Source of the DNA: Azolla caroliniana
Lineage: Eukaryota > Plantae > Polypodiophyta
Direction of reading: 5' to 3'
DNA length: 64,000 bases
Assembly: GCA_043228905.1 (NCBI GenBank)
Contig: JBHGNT010000056.1
Location: forward strand, 103,856 to 167,855
Shown: one piece after another, positions 29,281 through 43,100 of the stretch
Numbering within the stretch: the first letter of the stretch is position 1
Layout: every line of letters begins with the position of its first letter
Notes under the pieces: model-generated
What the model was told of the DNA's origin: nothing
The model's input: only the letters and a program-made list of their open reading frames with translations
The model's database searches: none
Position numbers and translations under genes: made by a program

Positions 29281-29809
29281 ATTTACTCACTCGCTCTTCT
29301 CAACTCCCTCCTCCAGCATGCTAATTTCCTCATGTCTTTCGACGTCAGTTTCGAAATCACGATTTTTTAAGTCTATATCATAGCTAGCCTTGTTAGTTTC
29401 GATTCGCATGTTTGAACACAGAAATCCGATATCACACGAGCCAGGTATGACCATTTTAATTTACTCACACGCTCTTCTCAACTCCCTTCTCAAATATGCT
29501 AATTTCCTCATGTCTCTCGACCTGAGTTTCAAAATCTCGATTTTTTAATTCTATATCATAGCTAGCCTTGTTAGTTTCGATTCGCATGTTTGAACACAGA
29601 AATCCGATATCACACGAGCCAGGTATGACCATTTTAATTTACTCACTCGCTCTTCTCAACTCCCTCCTCAAATATGCTAATTTCTTCATGTCTCTCGACC
29701 TGAGTTTCAAAATCTCGATTTTTTAATTCTATATCATAGCTAGCCTTGTTAGCTTCGATTTGCATGTTTGAACACAGAAATCCGATATCACACGAGCCAG
29801 GTAGGACCA

Positions 29810-32800
29810 TTTTAATTTACTCACTGGCTCTTCTCAACTCCCTCCTCAAATATGCTAATTTCCTCATGTCTCTCGACCTGAGTTTCAAAATCTCGATTTT
29901 TTAATTCTATATCATAGCTAGCCTTGTTAGTTTCGATTCGCATGTTTGAACACAGAAATCGGATATCACACGAGCCAGGTATGACCATTTTAATTTACTC
30001 ACTCGCTCTTCTCAACTCCCTCCTCCAGCATGCTAATTTCCTCATGTCTTTCGACGTCAGTTTCGAAATCACGATTTTTTAAGTCTATATCATAGCTAGC
30101 CTTGTTAGTTTCGATTCGCATGTTTGAACACAGAAATCCGATATCACACGAGCCAGGTATGACCATTTTAATTTACTCACACGCTCTTCTCAACTCCCTC
30201 CTCAAATATGCTAATTTCTTCATGTCTCTCGACCTGAGTTTCAAAATCTCGATTTTTTAATTCTATATCATAGCTAGCCTTGTTAGCTTCGATTTGCATG
30301 TTTGAACACAGAAATCCGATATCACACGAGCCAGGTTTGACCATTTTAATTTACTCACTGGCTCTTCTCAACTCCCTCCTCAAATATGCTAATTTCCTCA
30401 TGTCTCTCGACCTGAGTTTCAAAATCACGATTTTTTAATTCTATATCATAGCTAGCCTTGTTAGTTTCGATTCGCATGTTTGAACACAGAAATCCGATAT
30501 CACACGAGCCAGGTATGACCATTTTAATTTACTCACACGCTCTTCTCAACTCCCTCCTCAAATATGCTAATTTCTTCATGTCTCTCGACCTGAGTTTCAA
30601 AATCTCGATTTTTTAATTCTATATCATAGCTAGCCTTGTTAGCTTCGATTCGCATGTTTGAACACAGAAATCCGATATCACACGAGCCAGGTATGACCAT
30701 TTTAATTTACTCACTCGCTCTTCTCAACTCCCTCCTCAAATATGCTAATTTCCTCATGTCTCTCGACCTGAGTTTCAAAATCACGATTTTTTATTTCTAT
30801 ATCATAGCTAGCCTTGTTAGTTTCGATTCGCATGTTTGAACACAGAAATCCGATATCACACGAGCCAGGTATGACCATTTTAATTTACTCAGTCGCTCTT
30901 CTCAACTCCCTCCTCCAGCATGCTAATTTCCTCATGTCTCTCGACGTCAGTTTCGAAATCACGATTTTTTAAGTCTATATCATAGCTAGCCTTGTTAGTT
31001 TCGATTCGCATGTTTGAACACAGAAATCCGATATCACACGAGCCAGGTATGACCATTTTAATTTACTCACACGCTCTTCTCAACTCCCTCCTCAAATATG
31101 CTAATTTCCTCATGTCTCTCGACCTGAGTTTCAAAATCTCGATTTTTTAATTCTATATCATAGCTAGCCTTGTTAGCTTCGATTCGCATGTTTGAACACA
31201 GAAATCCGATATCACACGAGCCAGGTATGACCATTTTAATTTACTCACTCGCTCTTCTCAACTCCCTCCTCAAATATGCTAATTTCCTCATGTCTCTCGA
31301 CCTGAGTTTCAAAATCACGATTTTTTAATTCTATATCATAGCTAGCCTTGTTAGTTTCGATTCGCATGTTTGAACACAGAAATCCGATATCACACGAGCC
31401 AGGTATGACCATTTTAATTTACTCAGTCGCTCTTCTCAACTCCCTCCTCCAGCATGCTAATTTCCTCATGTCTTTCGACGTCAGTTTCGAAATCACGATT
31501 TTTTAAATCTATATCATAGCTAGCCTTGTTAGTTTCGATTCGCATGTTTGAACACAGAAATCCGATATCACACGAGCCAGGTATGACCATTTTAATTTAC
31601 TCACTCGCTCTTCTCAACTCCCTCCTCCAGCATGCTAATTTCCTCATGTCTTTCGACGTCAGTTTCGAAATCACGATTTTTTAAGTCTATATCATAGCTA
31701 GCCTTGTTAGCTTCGATTTGCATGTTTGAACACAGAAATCCGATATCACACGAGCCAGGTATGACCATTTTAATTTACTCACTGGCTCTTCTCAACTCCC
31801 TCCTCAAATATGCTAATTTCTTCATGTCTCTCGACCTGAGTTTCAAAATCTTGATTTTTTAATTCTATATCATAGCTAGCCTTGTTAGCTTCGATTCGCA
31901 TGTTTGAACACAGAAATCCGATATCACACGAGCCAGGTATGACCATTTTAATTTACTCACACGCTCTTCTCAACTCCCTCCTCAAATATGCTAATTTCTT
32001 CATGTCTCTTGACCTGAGTTTCAAAATCTCGATTTTTTAAATCTATATCATAGCTAGCCTTGTTAGTTTCGATTCGCATGTTTGAACACAGAAATCCGAT
32101 ATCACACGAGCCAGGTATGACCATTTTAATTTACTCACTCGCTCTTCTCAACTCCCTCCTCCAGCATGCTAATTTCCTCATGTCTTTCGACGTCAGTTTC
32201 GAAATCACGATTTTTTAAGTCTATATCATAGCTAGCCTTGTTAGCTTCGATTTGCATGTTTGAACACAGAAATCCGATATCACACGAGCCAGGTATGACC
32301 ATTTTAATTTACTCACTGGCTCTTCTCAACTCCCTCCTCAAATATGCTAATTTCTTCATGTCTCTCGACCTGAGTTTCAAAATCTTGATTTTTTAATTCT
32401 ATATCATAGCTAGCCTTGTTAGCTTCGATTCGCATGTTTGAACACAGAAATCCGATATCACACGAGCCAGGTATGACCATTTTAATTTACTCACTGGCTC
32501 TTCTCAACTCCCTCCTCAAATATGCTAATTTCCTCATGTCTCTCGACCTGAGTTTCAAAATCTCGATTTTTTAATTCTATATCATAGCTAGCCTTGTTAG
32601 TTTCGATTCGCATGTTTGAACACAGAAATCGGATATCACACGAGCCAGGTATGACCATTTTAATTTACTCACTCGCTCTTCTCAACTCCCTCCTCCAGCA
32701 TGCTAATTTCCTCATGTCTTTCGACGTCAGTTTCGAAATCACGATTTTTTAAGTCTATATCATAGCTAGCCTTGTTAGTTTCGATTCGCATGTTTGAACA

Positions 32801-35160
32801 CAGAAATCCGATATCACACGAGCCAGGTATGACCATTTTAATTTACTCACACGCTCTTCTCAACTCCCTCCTCAAATATGCTAATTTCTTCATGTCTCTC
32901 GACCTGAGTTTCAAAATCTCGATTTTTTAATTCTATATCATAGCTAGCCTTGTTAGCTTCGATTTGCATGTTTGAACACAGAAATCCGATATCACACGAG
33001 CCAGGTTTGACCATTTTAATTTACTCACTGGCTCTTCTCAACTCCCTCCTCAAATATGCTAATTTCCTCATGTCTCTCGACCTGAGTTTCAAAATCACGA
33101 TTTTTTAATTCTATATCATAGCTAGCCTTGTTAGTTTCGATTAGCATGTTTGAACACAGAAATCCGATATCACACGAGCCAGGTATGACCATTTTAATTT
33201 ACTCACACGCTCTTCTCAACTCCCTCCTCAAATATGCTAATTTCTTCATGTCTCTCGACCTGAGTTTCAAAATCTCGATTTTTTAATTCTATATCATAGC
33301 TAGCCTTGTTAGCTTCGATTCGCATGTTTGAACACAGAAATCCGATATCACACGAGCCAGGTATGACCATTTTAATTTACTCACTCGCTCTTCTCAACTC
33401 CCTCCTCAAATATGCTAATTTCCTCATGTCTCTCGACCTGAGTTTCAAAATCACGATTTTTTATTTCTATATCATAGCTAGCCTTGTTAGTTTCGATTCG
33501 CATGTTTGAACACAGAAATCCGATATCACACGAGCCAGGTATGACCATTTTAATTTACTCAGTCGCTCTTCTCAACTCCCTCCTCCAGCATGCTAATTTC
33601 CTCATGTCTCTCGACGTCAGTTTCGAAATCACGATTTTTTAAGTCTATATCATAGCTAGCCTTGTTAGTTTCGATTCGCATGTTTGAACACAGAAATCCG
33701 ATATCACACGAGCCAGGTATGACCATTTTAATTTACTCACACGCTCTTCTCAACTCCCTCCTCAAATATGCTAATTTCCTCATGTCTCTCGACCTGAGTT
33801 TCAAAATCTCGATTTTTTAATTCTATATCATAGCTAGCCTTGTTAGCTTCGATTCGCATGTTTGAACACAGAAATCCGATATCACACGAGCCAGGTATGA
33901 CCATTTTAATTTACTCACTCGCTCTTCTCAACTCCCTCCTCAAATATGCTAATTTCCTCATGTCTCTCGACCTGAGTTTCAAAATCACGATTTTTTAATT
34001 CTATATCATAGCTAGCCTTGTTAGTTTCGATTCGCATGTTTGAACACAGAAATCCGATATCACACGAGCCAGGTATGACCATTTTAATTTACTCAGTCGC
34101 TCTTCTCAACTCCCTCCTCCAGCATGCTAATTTCCTCATGTCTTTCGACGTCAGTTTCGAAATCACGATTTTTTAAATCTATATCATAGCTAGCCTTGTT
34201 AGTTTCGATTCGCATGTTTGAACACAGAAATCCGATATCACACGAGCCAGGTATGACCATTTTAATTTACTCACTCGCTCTTCTCAACTCCCTCCTCCAG
34301 CATGCTAATTTCCTCATGTCTTTCGACGTCAGTTTCGAAATCACGATTTTTTAAGTCTATATCATAGCTAGCCTTGTTAGCTTCGATTTGCATGTTTGAA
34401 CACAGAAATCCGATATCACACGAGCCAGGTATGACCATTTTAATTTACTCACTGGCTCTTCTCAACTCCCTCCTCAAATATGCTAATTTCTTCATGTCTC
34501 TCGACCTGAGTTTCAAAATCTTGATTTTTTAATTCTATATCATAGCTAGCCTTGTTAGCTTCGATTCGCATGTTTGAACACAGAAATCCGATATCACACG
34601 AGCCAGGTATGACCATTTTAATTTACTCACACGCTCTTCTCAACTCCCTCCTCAAATATGCTAATTTCTTCATGTCTCTTGACCTGAGTTTCAAAATCTC
34701 GATTTTTTAAATCTATATCATAGCTAGCCTTGTTAGTTTCGATTCGCATGTTTGAACACAGAAATCCGATATCACACGAGCCAGGTATGACCATTTTAAT
34801 TTACTCACTCGCTCTTCTCAACTCCCTCCTCCAGCATGCTAATTTCCTCATGTCTTTCGACGTCAGTTTCGAAATCACGATTTTTTAAGTCTATATCATA
34901 GCTAGCCTTGTTAGCTTCGATTTGCATGTTTGAACACAGAAATCCGATATCACACGAGCCAGGTATGACCATTTTAATTTACTCACTGGCTCTTCTCAAC
35001 TCCCTCCTCAAATATGCTAATTTCTTCATGTCTCTCGACCTGAGTTTCAAAATCTTGATTTTTTAATTCTATATCATAGCTAGCCTTGTTAGCTTCGATT
35101 CGCATGTTTGAACACAGAAATCCGATATCACACGAGCCAGGTATGACCATTTTAATTTAC
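29810..35160. repeat. Tandem duplication, period 15 monomers (2670 bp), each unit with a nested 3-monomer (534 bp) repeat
   Basis: AAATCGGATA (29961/32631), AGGTTTG (30337/33007), TAA>TAT (30794/33464) and TTAAATCT (31507/34177 and 32041/34711) recur at +2670. The 31507 to 32041 spacing is 534 bp. Confidence 0.92.
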
Positions 35161-37199
35161 TCACACGCTCTTCTCAACTCGCTCCTCAAATATGCTAATT
35201 TCTTCATGTCTCTTGACCTGAGTTTCAAAATCTCGATTTTTTAATTCTATATCATAGCTAGCCTTGTTAGCTTCGATTTGCATGTTTGAACACAGAAATC
35301 CGATATTACACGAGCCAGGTATGACCATTTTAATTTACTCACTCGCTCTTCTCAACTCCCTCCTCAAATATGCTAATTTCCTCATGTCTTTCGACGTCAG
35401 TTTCGAAATCACGATTTTTTAAGTCTATATCATAGCTAGCCTTGTTAGTTTCGATTCGCATGTTTGAACACAGAAATCCGATATCACACGAGCCAGGTAT
35501 GACCATTTTAATTTACTCACACGCTCTTCTCAACTCCCTCCTCAAATATGCTAATTTCCTCATGTCTCTCGACCTGAGTTTCAAAATCTCGATTTTTTAA
35601 TTCTATATCATAGCTAGCCTTGTTAGCTTCGATTCGCATGTTTGAACACAGAAATCCGATATCACACGAGCCAGGTATGACCATTTTAATTTACTCACTC
35701 GCTCTTCTCAACTCCCTCCTCAAATATGCTAATTTCCTCATGTCTCTCGACCTGAGTTTCAAAATCACGATTTTTTAATTCTATATCATAGCTAGCCTTG
35801 TTAGTTTCGATTCGCATGTTTGAACACAGAAATCCGATATCACACGAGCCAGGTATGACCATTTTAATTTACTCACTCGCTCTTCTCAACTCCCTCCTCC
35901 AGCATGCTAATTTCCTCATGTCTTTCGACGTCAGTTTCGAAATCACGATTTTTTAAGTCTATATCATAGCTAGCCTTGTTAGTTTCGATTCGCATGTTTG
36001 AACACAGAAATCCGATATCACACGAGCCAGGTATGACCATTTTAATTTACTCACTCGCTCTTCTCAACTCCCTCCTCCAGCATGCTAATTTCCTCATGTC
36101 TTTCGACGTCAGTTTCGAAATCACGATTTTTTAAGTCTATATCATAGCTAGCCTTGTTAGCTTCGATTTGCATGTTTGAACACAGAAATCCGATATCACA
36201 CGAGCCAGGTATGACCATTTTAATTTACTCACTCGCTTTTCTCAACTCCCTCCTCAAATATGCTAATTTCCTCATGTCTCTCGACCTGAGTTTCAAAATC
36301 ACGATTTTTTAATTCTATATCATAGCTAGCCTTGTTAGTTTCGATTCGCATGTTTGAACACAGAAATCCGATATCACACGAGCCAGGTATGACCATTTTA
36401 ATTTACTCACTCGCTCTTCTCAACTCCCTCCTCTAGCATGCTAATTTCCTCATGTCTTTCGACGTCAGTTTCGAAATCACGATTTTTTAAGTCTATATCA
36501 TAGCTAGCCTTGTTAGCTTCGATTTGCATGTTTGAACACAGAAATCCGATATCACACGAGCCAGGTATGACCATTTTAATTTACTCACTCGCTCTTCTCA
36601 ACTCCCTCCTCAAATATGCTAATTTCCTCATGTCTCTCGACCTGAGTTTCAAAATCACGATTTTTTAATTCTATATCATAGCTAGCCTTGTTAGTTTCGA
36701 TTCGCATGTTTGAACACAGAAATCCGATATCACACGAGCCAGGTATGACCATTTTAATTTACTCACTCGATCTTCTCAACTCCCTCCTCCAGCATGCTAA
36801 TTTCCTCATGTCTTTCGACGTCAGTTTCGAAATCACGATTTTTTAAGTCTATATCATAGCTAGCCTTGTTAGTTTCGATTCGCATGTTTGAACACAGAAA
36901 TCCGATATCACACGAGCCAGGTATGACCATTTTAATTTACTCACACGCTCTTCTCAACTCCCTCCTCAAATATGCTAATTTCCTCATGTCTCTCGACCTG
37001 AGTTTCAAAATCTCGATTTTTTAATTCTATATCATAGCTAGCCTTGTTAGTTTCAATTCGCATGTTTGAACACAGAAATCCGATATCACACGAGCCAGGT
37101 ATGACCATTTTAATTTACTCACCGGCTCTTCTCAACTCCCTCCTCAAATATGCTAATTTCCTCATGTCTCTCGACCTGAGTTTCAAAATCACGATTTTT

Positions 37200-40100
37200 T
37201 AATTCTATATCATAGCTAGCCTTGTTAGTTTCGATTCGCATGTTTGAACACAGAAATCCGATATCACACGAGCCAGGTATGACCATTTTAATTTACTCAC
37301 TCGCTCTTCTCAACTCCCTCCTCCAGCATGCTAATTTCCTCATGTCTTTCGACGTCAGTTTCGAAATCACGATTTTTTAAGTCTATATCATAGCTAGCCT
37401 TGTTAGTTTCGATTCGCATGTTTGAACACAGAAATCCGATATCACACGAGCGAGGTATGACCATTTTAATTTACTCACACGCTCTTCTCAACTCCCTTCT
37501 CAAATATGCTAATTTCCTCATGTCTCTCGACCTGAGTTTCAAAATCTCGATTTTTTAATTCTATATCATAGCTAGCCTTGTTAGTTTCGATTTGCATGTT
37601 TGAACACAGAAATCCGATATCACACGAGCCAGGTATGACCATTTTAATTTACTCACTCGCTCTTCTCAACTCCCTCCTCAAATATGCTAATTTCTTCATG
37701 TCTCTCGACCTGAGTTTCAAAATCTCGATTTTTTAATTCTATATCATAGCTAGCCTTGTTAGCTTCGATTTGCATGTTTGAACACAGAAATCCGATATCA
37801 CACGAGCCAGGTATGACCATTTTAATTTACTCACTCGCTCTTCTCAACTCCCTCCTCAAATATGCTAATTTCCTCATGTCTCTCGACCTGATTTTCAAAA
37901 TCTCGATTTTTTAATTCTATATCATAGCTAGCCTTGTTAGTTTCGATTCGCATGTTTGAACACAGAAATCCGATATCACACGAGCCAGGTATGACCATTT
38001 TAATTTACTCACACGCTTTTCTCAACTCCCTCCTCAAATATGCTAATTTCCTCATGTCTCTCGACCTGAGTTTCAAAATCTCGATTTTTTAATTTTATAT
38101 CAGAGCTAGCCTTGTTAGCTTCGATTCGCATGTTTGAACACAGAAATCCGATATCACACGAGCCAGGTATGACCATTTTAATTTACTCACTGGCTCTTCT
38201 CAACTCCCTCCTCAAATATGCTAATTTCCTCATGTCTCTCGACCTGATTTTCAAAATCTCGATTTTTTAATTCTATATCATAGCTAGCCTTGTTAGTTTC
38301 GATTCGCATGTTTGAACACAGAAATCCGATATCACACGAGCCAGGTATGACCATTTTAATTTACTCACACGCTTTTCTCAACTCCCTCCTCAAATATGCT
38401 AATTTCCTCATGTCTCTCGACCTGAGTTTCAAAATCTCGATTTTTTAATTCTATATCAGAGCTAGCCTTGTTAGCTTCGATTCGCATGTTTGAACACAGA
38501 AATCCGATATCACACGAGCCAGGTATGACCATTTTAATTTACTCACTCGCTCTTCTCAACTCCCTCCTCAAATATGCTAATTTCTTCATGTCTCTCGACC
38601 TGAGTTTCAAAATCTCGATTTTTTAATTCTATATCATACCTAGCCTTGTTAGCTTCGATTTCCATGTTTGAACACAGAAATCCGATATCACACGAGCCAG
38701 GTATGACCATTTTAATTTACTCACACGCTCTTCTCAACTCCCTCCTCAAATATGCTAATTTCTTCATGTCTCTCGACCTGAGTTTCAAAATCTCGATTTT
38801 TTAATTCTATATCATAGCTAGCCTTGTTAGTTTCGATTCGCATGTTTGAACACAGAAATCCGATATCACACGAGCCAGGTATGACCATTTTAATTTACTC
38901 ACACGCTCTTCTCAACTCCCTCCTCAAATATGCTAATTTCTTCATGTCTCTCGACCTGAGTTTCAAAATCTCGATTTTTTAATTCTATATCATAGCTAGC
39001 CTTGTTAGTTTCGATTCGCATGTTTGAACACAGAAATCCGATATCACACGAGCCAGGTATGACCATTTTAATTTACTCACTCGATCTTCTCAACTCCCTC
39101 CTCCAGCATGCTAATTTCCTCATGTCTCTCGACGTCAGTTTCGAAATCACGATTTTTTAAGTCTATATCATAGCTAGCCTTGTTAGTTTCGATTCGCATG
39201 TTTGAACACAGAAATCCGATATCACACGAGCCAGGTATGACCATTTTAATTTACTCACACGCTCTTCTCAACTCCCTCCTCAAATATGCTAATTTCCTCA
39301 TGTCTCTCGACCTGAGTTTCAAAATCTCGATTTTTTAATTCTATATCATAGCTAGCCTTGTTAGCTTCGATTCGCATGTTTGAACACAGAAATCCGATAT
39401 CACACGAGCCAGGTATGACCATTTTAATTTACTCACTCGCTCTTCTCAACTCCCTCCTCAAATATGCTAATTTCCTCATGTCTCTCGACCTGAGTTTCAA
39501 AATCACGATTTTTTAATTCTATATCATAGCTAGCCTTGTTAGTTTCGATTCGCATGTTTGAACACAGAAATCCGATATCACACGAGCCAGGTATGACCAT
39601 TTTAATTTACTCAGTCGCTCTTCTCAACTCCCTCCTCCAGCATGCTAATTTCCTCATGTCTTTCGACGTCAGTTTCGAAATCACGATTTTTTAAGTCTAT
39701 ATCATAGCTAGCCTTGTTAGTTTCGATTCGCATGTTTGAACACAGAAATCCGATATCACACGAGCCAGGTATGACCATTTTAATTTACTCACTCGCTCTT
39801 CTCAACTCCCTCCTCCAACATGCTAATTTCCTCATGTCTTTCGACGTCAGTTTCGAAATCACGATTTTTTAAGTCTATATCATAGCTAGCCTTGTTAGCT
39901 TCGATTTGCATGTTTGAACACAGAAATCCGATATCACACGAGCCAGGTATGACCATTTTAATTTACTCACTGGCTCTTCTCAACTCCCTCCTCAAATATG
40001 CTAATTTCCTCATGTCTCTCGACCTGAGTTTCAAAATCACGATTTTTTAATTCTATATCATAGCTAGCCTTGTTAGTTTCGATTCGCATGTTTGAACACA

Positions 40101-43100
40101 GAAATCCGATATCACACGAGCCAGGTATGACCATTTTAATTTACTCAGTCGCTCTTCTCAACTCCCTCCTCCAGCATGCTAATTTCCTCATGTCTTTCGA
40201 CGTCAGTTTCGAAATCACGATTTTTTAAGTCTATATCATAGCTAGCCTTGTTAGTTTCGATTCGCATGTTTGAACACAGAAATCCGATATCACACGAGCC
40301 AGGTATGACCATTTTAATTTACACACACGCTCTTCTCAACTCCCTCCTCAAATATGCTAATTTCTTCATGTCTCTCGACCTGAGTTTCAAAATCTCGATT
40401 TTTTAATTCTATATCATAGCTAGCCTTGTTAGTTTCGATTCGCATGTTTGAACACAGAAATCCGATATCACACGAGCCAGGTATGACCATTTTAATTTAC
40501 TCACTCGATCTTCTCAACTCCCTCCTCCAGCATGCTAATTTCCTCATGTCTTTCGACGTCAGTTTCGAAATCACGATTTTTTAAGTCTATATCATAGCTA
40601 GCCTTGTTAGTTTCGTTTCGCATGTTTGAACACAGAAATCCGATATCACACGAGCCAGGTATGACCATTTTAATTTACTCACACGCTCTTCTCAACTCCC
40701 TCCTCAAATATGCTAATTTCCTCATGTCTCTCGACCTGAGTTTCAAAATCTCGATTTTTTAATTCTATATCATAGCTAGCCTTGTTAGTTTCGATTCGCA
40801 TGTTTGAACACAGAAATCCGATATCACACGAGCCAGGTATGACCATTTTAATTTACTCACCGGCTCTTCTCAACTCCCTCCTCAAATATGCTAATTTCCT
40901 CATGTCTCTCGACCTGAGTTTCGAAATCACGATTTTTTAATTCTATATCATAGCTAGCCTTGTTAGTTTCGATTCGCATGTTTCAACACAGAAATCCGAT
41001 ATCACACGAGCCAGGTATGACCATTTTAATTTACTCACTCGCTCTTCTCAACTCCCTCCTCCAGCATGCTAATTTCCTCATGTCTTTCGACGTCAGTTTC
41101 GAAATCACGATTTTTTAAGTCTATATCATAGCTAGCCTTGTTAGTTTCGATTCGCATGTTTGAACACAGAAATCCGATATCACACGAGCCAGGTATGACC
41201 ATTTTAATTTACTCACACGCTCTTCTCAACTCCCTTCTCAAATATGCTAATTTCCTCATGTCTCTCGACCTGAGTTTCAAAATCTCGATTTTTTAATTCT
41301 ATATCATAGCTAGCCTTGTTAGTTTCGATTCGCATGTTTGAACACAGAAATCCGATATCACACGAGCCAGGTATGACCATTTTAATTTACTCACTCGCTC
41401 TTCTCAACTCCCTCCTCAAATATGCTAATTTCTTCATGTCTCTCGACCTGAGTTTCAAAATCTCGATTTTTTAATTCTATATCATAGCTAGCCTTGTTAG
41501 CTTCGATTTGCATGTTTGAACACAGAAATCCGATATCACACGAGCCAGGTATGACCATTTTAATTTACTCACTCGCTCTTCTCAACTCCCTCCTCAAATA
41601 TGCTAATTTCTTCATGTCTCTCGACCTGAGTTTCAAAATCTCGATTTTTTAATTCTATATCATAGCTAGCCTTGTTAGCTTCGATTCGCATGTTTGAACA
41701 CAGAAATCCGATATCACACGAGCCAGGTATGACCATTTTAATTTACTCACTCGCTCTTCTCAACTCCCTCCTCCAGCATGCTAATTTCCTTATGTCTTTC
41801 GACGTCAGTTTCGAAATCACGATTTTTTAAGTCTATATCATAGCTAGCCTTGTTAGTTTCGATTCGCATGTTTGAACACAGAAATCCGATATCACACGAG
41901 CCAGGTATGACCATTTTAATTTACTCACACGCTCTTCTCAACTCCCTCCTCAAATATGCTAATTTCTTCATGTCTCTCAACCTGAGTTTCAAAATCTCGA
42001 TTTTTTAATTCTATATCATAGCTAGCCTTGTTAGCTTCGATTTGCATGTTTGAACACAGAAATCCGATATCACACGAGCCAGGTTTGACCATTTTAATTT
42101 ACTCACTCGCTCTTCTCAACTCCCTCCTCAAATATGCTAATTTCCTCATGTCTCTCGACCTGAGTTTCAAAATCACGATTTTTTAATTCTAAATCATAGC
42201 TAGCCTTGTTAGTTTCGATTCGCATGTTTGAACACAGAAATCCGATATCACACGAGCCAGGTATGACCATTTTAATTTACTCACACGCTCTTCTCAACTC
42301 CCTCCTCAAATATGCTAATTTCTTCATGTCTCTCGACCTGAGTTTCAAAATCACGATTTTTTAATTCTATATCATAGCTAGCCTTGTTAGCTTCGATTCG
42401 CATGTTTGAACACAGAAATCCGATATCACACGAGCCAGGTATGACCATTTTAATTTACTCACTCGCTCTTCTCAACTCCCTCCTCAAATATGCTAATTTC
42501 CTCATGTCTCTCGACCTGAGTTTCAAAATCACGATTTTTTATTTCTATATCATAGCTAGCCTTGTTAGTTTCGATTCGCATGTTTGAACACAGAAATCCG
42601 ATATCACACGAGCCAGGTATGACCATTTTAATTTACTCAGTCGCTCTTCTCAACTCCCTCCTCCAGCATGCTAATTTCCTCATGTCTCTCGACGTCAGTT
42701 TCGAAATCACGATTTTTTAAGTCTATATCATAGCTAGCCTTGTTAGTTTCGATTCGCATGTTTGAACACAGAAATCCGATATCACACGAGCCAGGTATGA
42801 CCATTTTAATTTACTCACACGCTCTTCTCAACTCCCTCCTCAAATATGCTAATTTCCTCATGTCTCTCGACCTGAGTTTCAAAATCTCGATTTTTTAATT
42901 CTATATCATAGCTAGCCTTGTTAGCTTCGATTCGCATGTTTGAACACAGAAATCCGATATCACACGAGCCAGGTATGACCATTTTAATTTACTCACTCGC
43001 TCTTCTCAACTCCCTCCTCAAATATGCTAATTTCCTCATGTCTCTCGACCTGAGTTTCAAAATCACGATTTTTTAATTCTATATCATAGCTAGCCTTGTT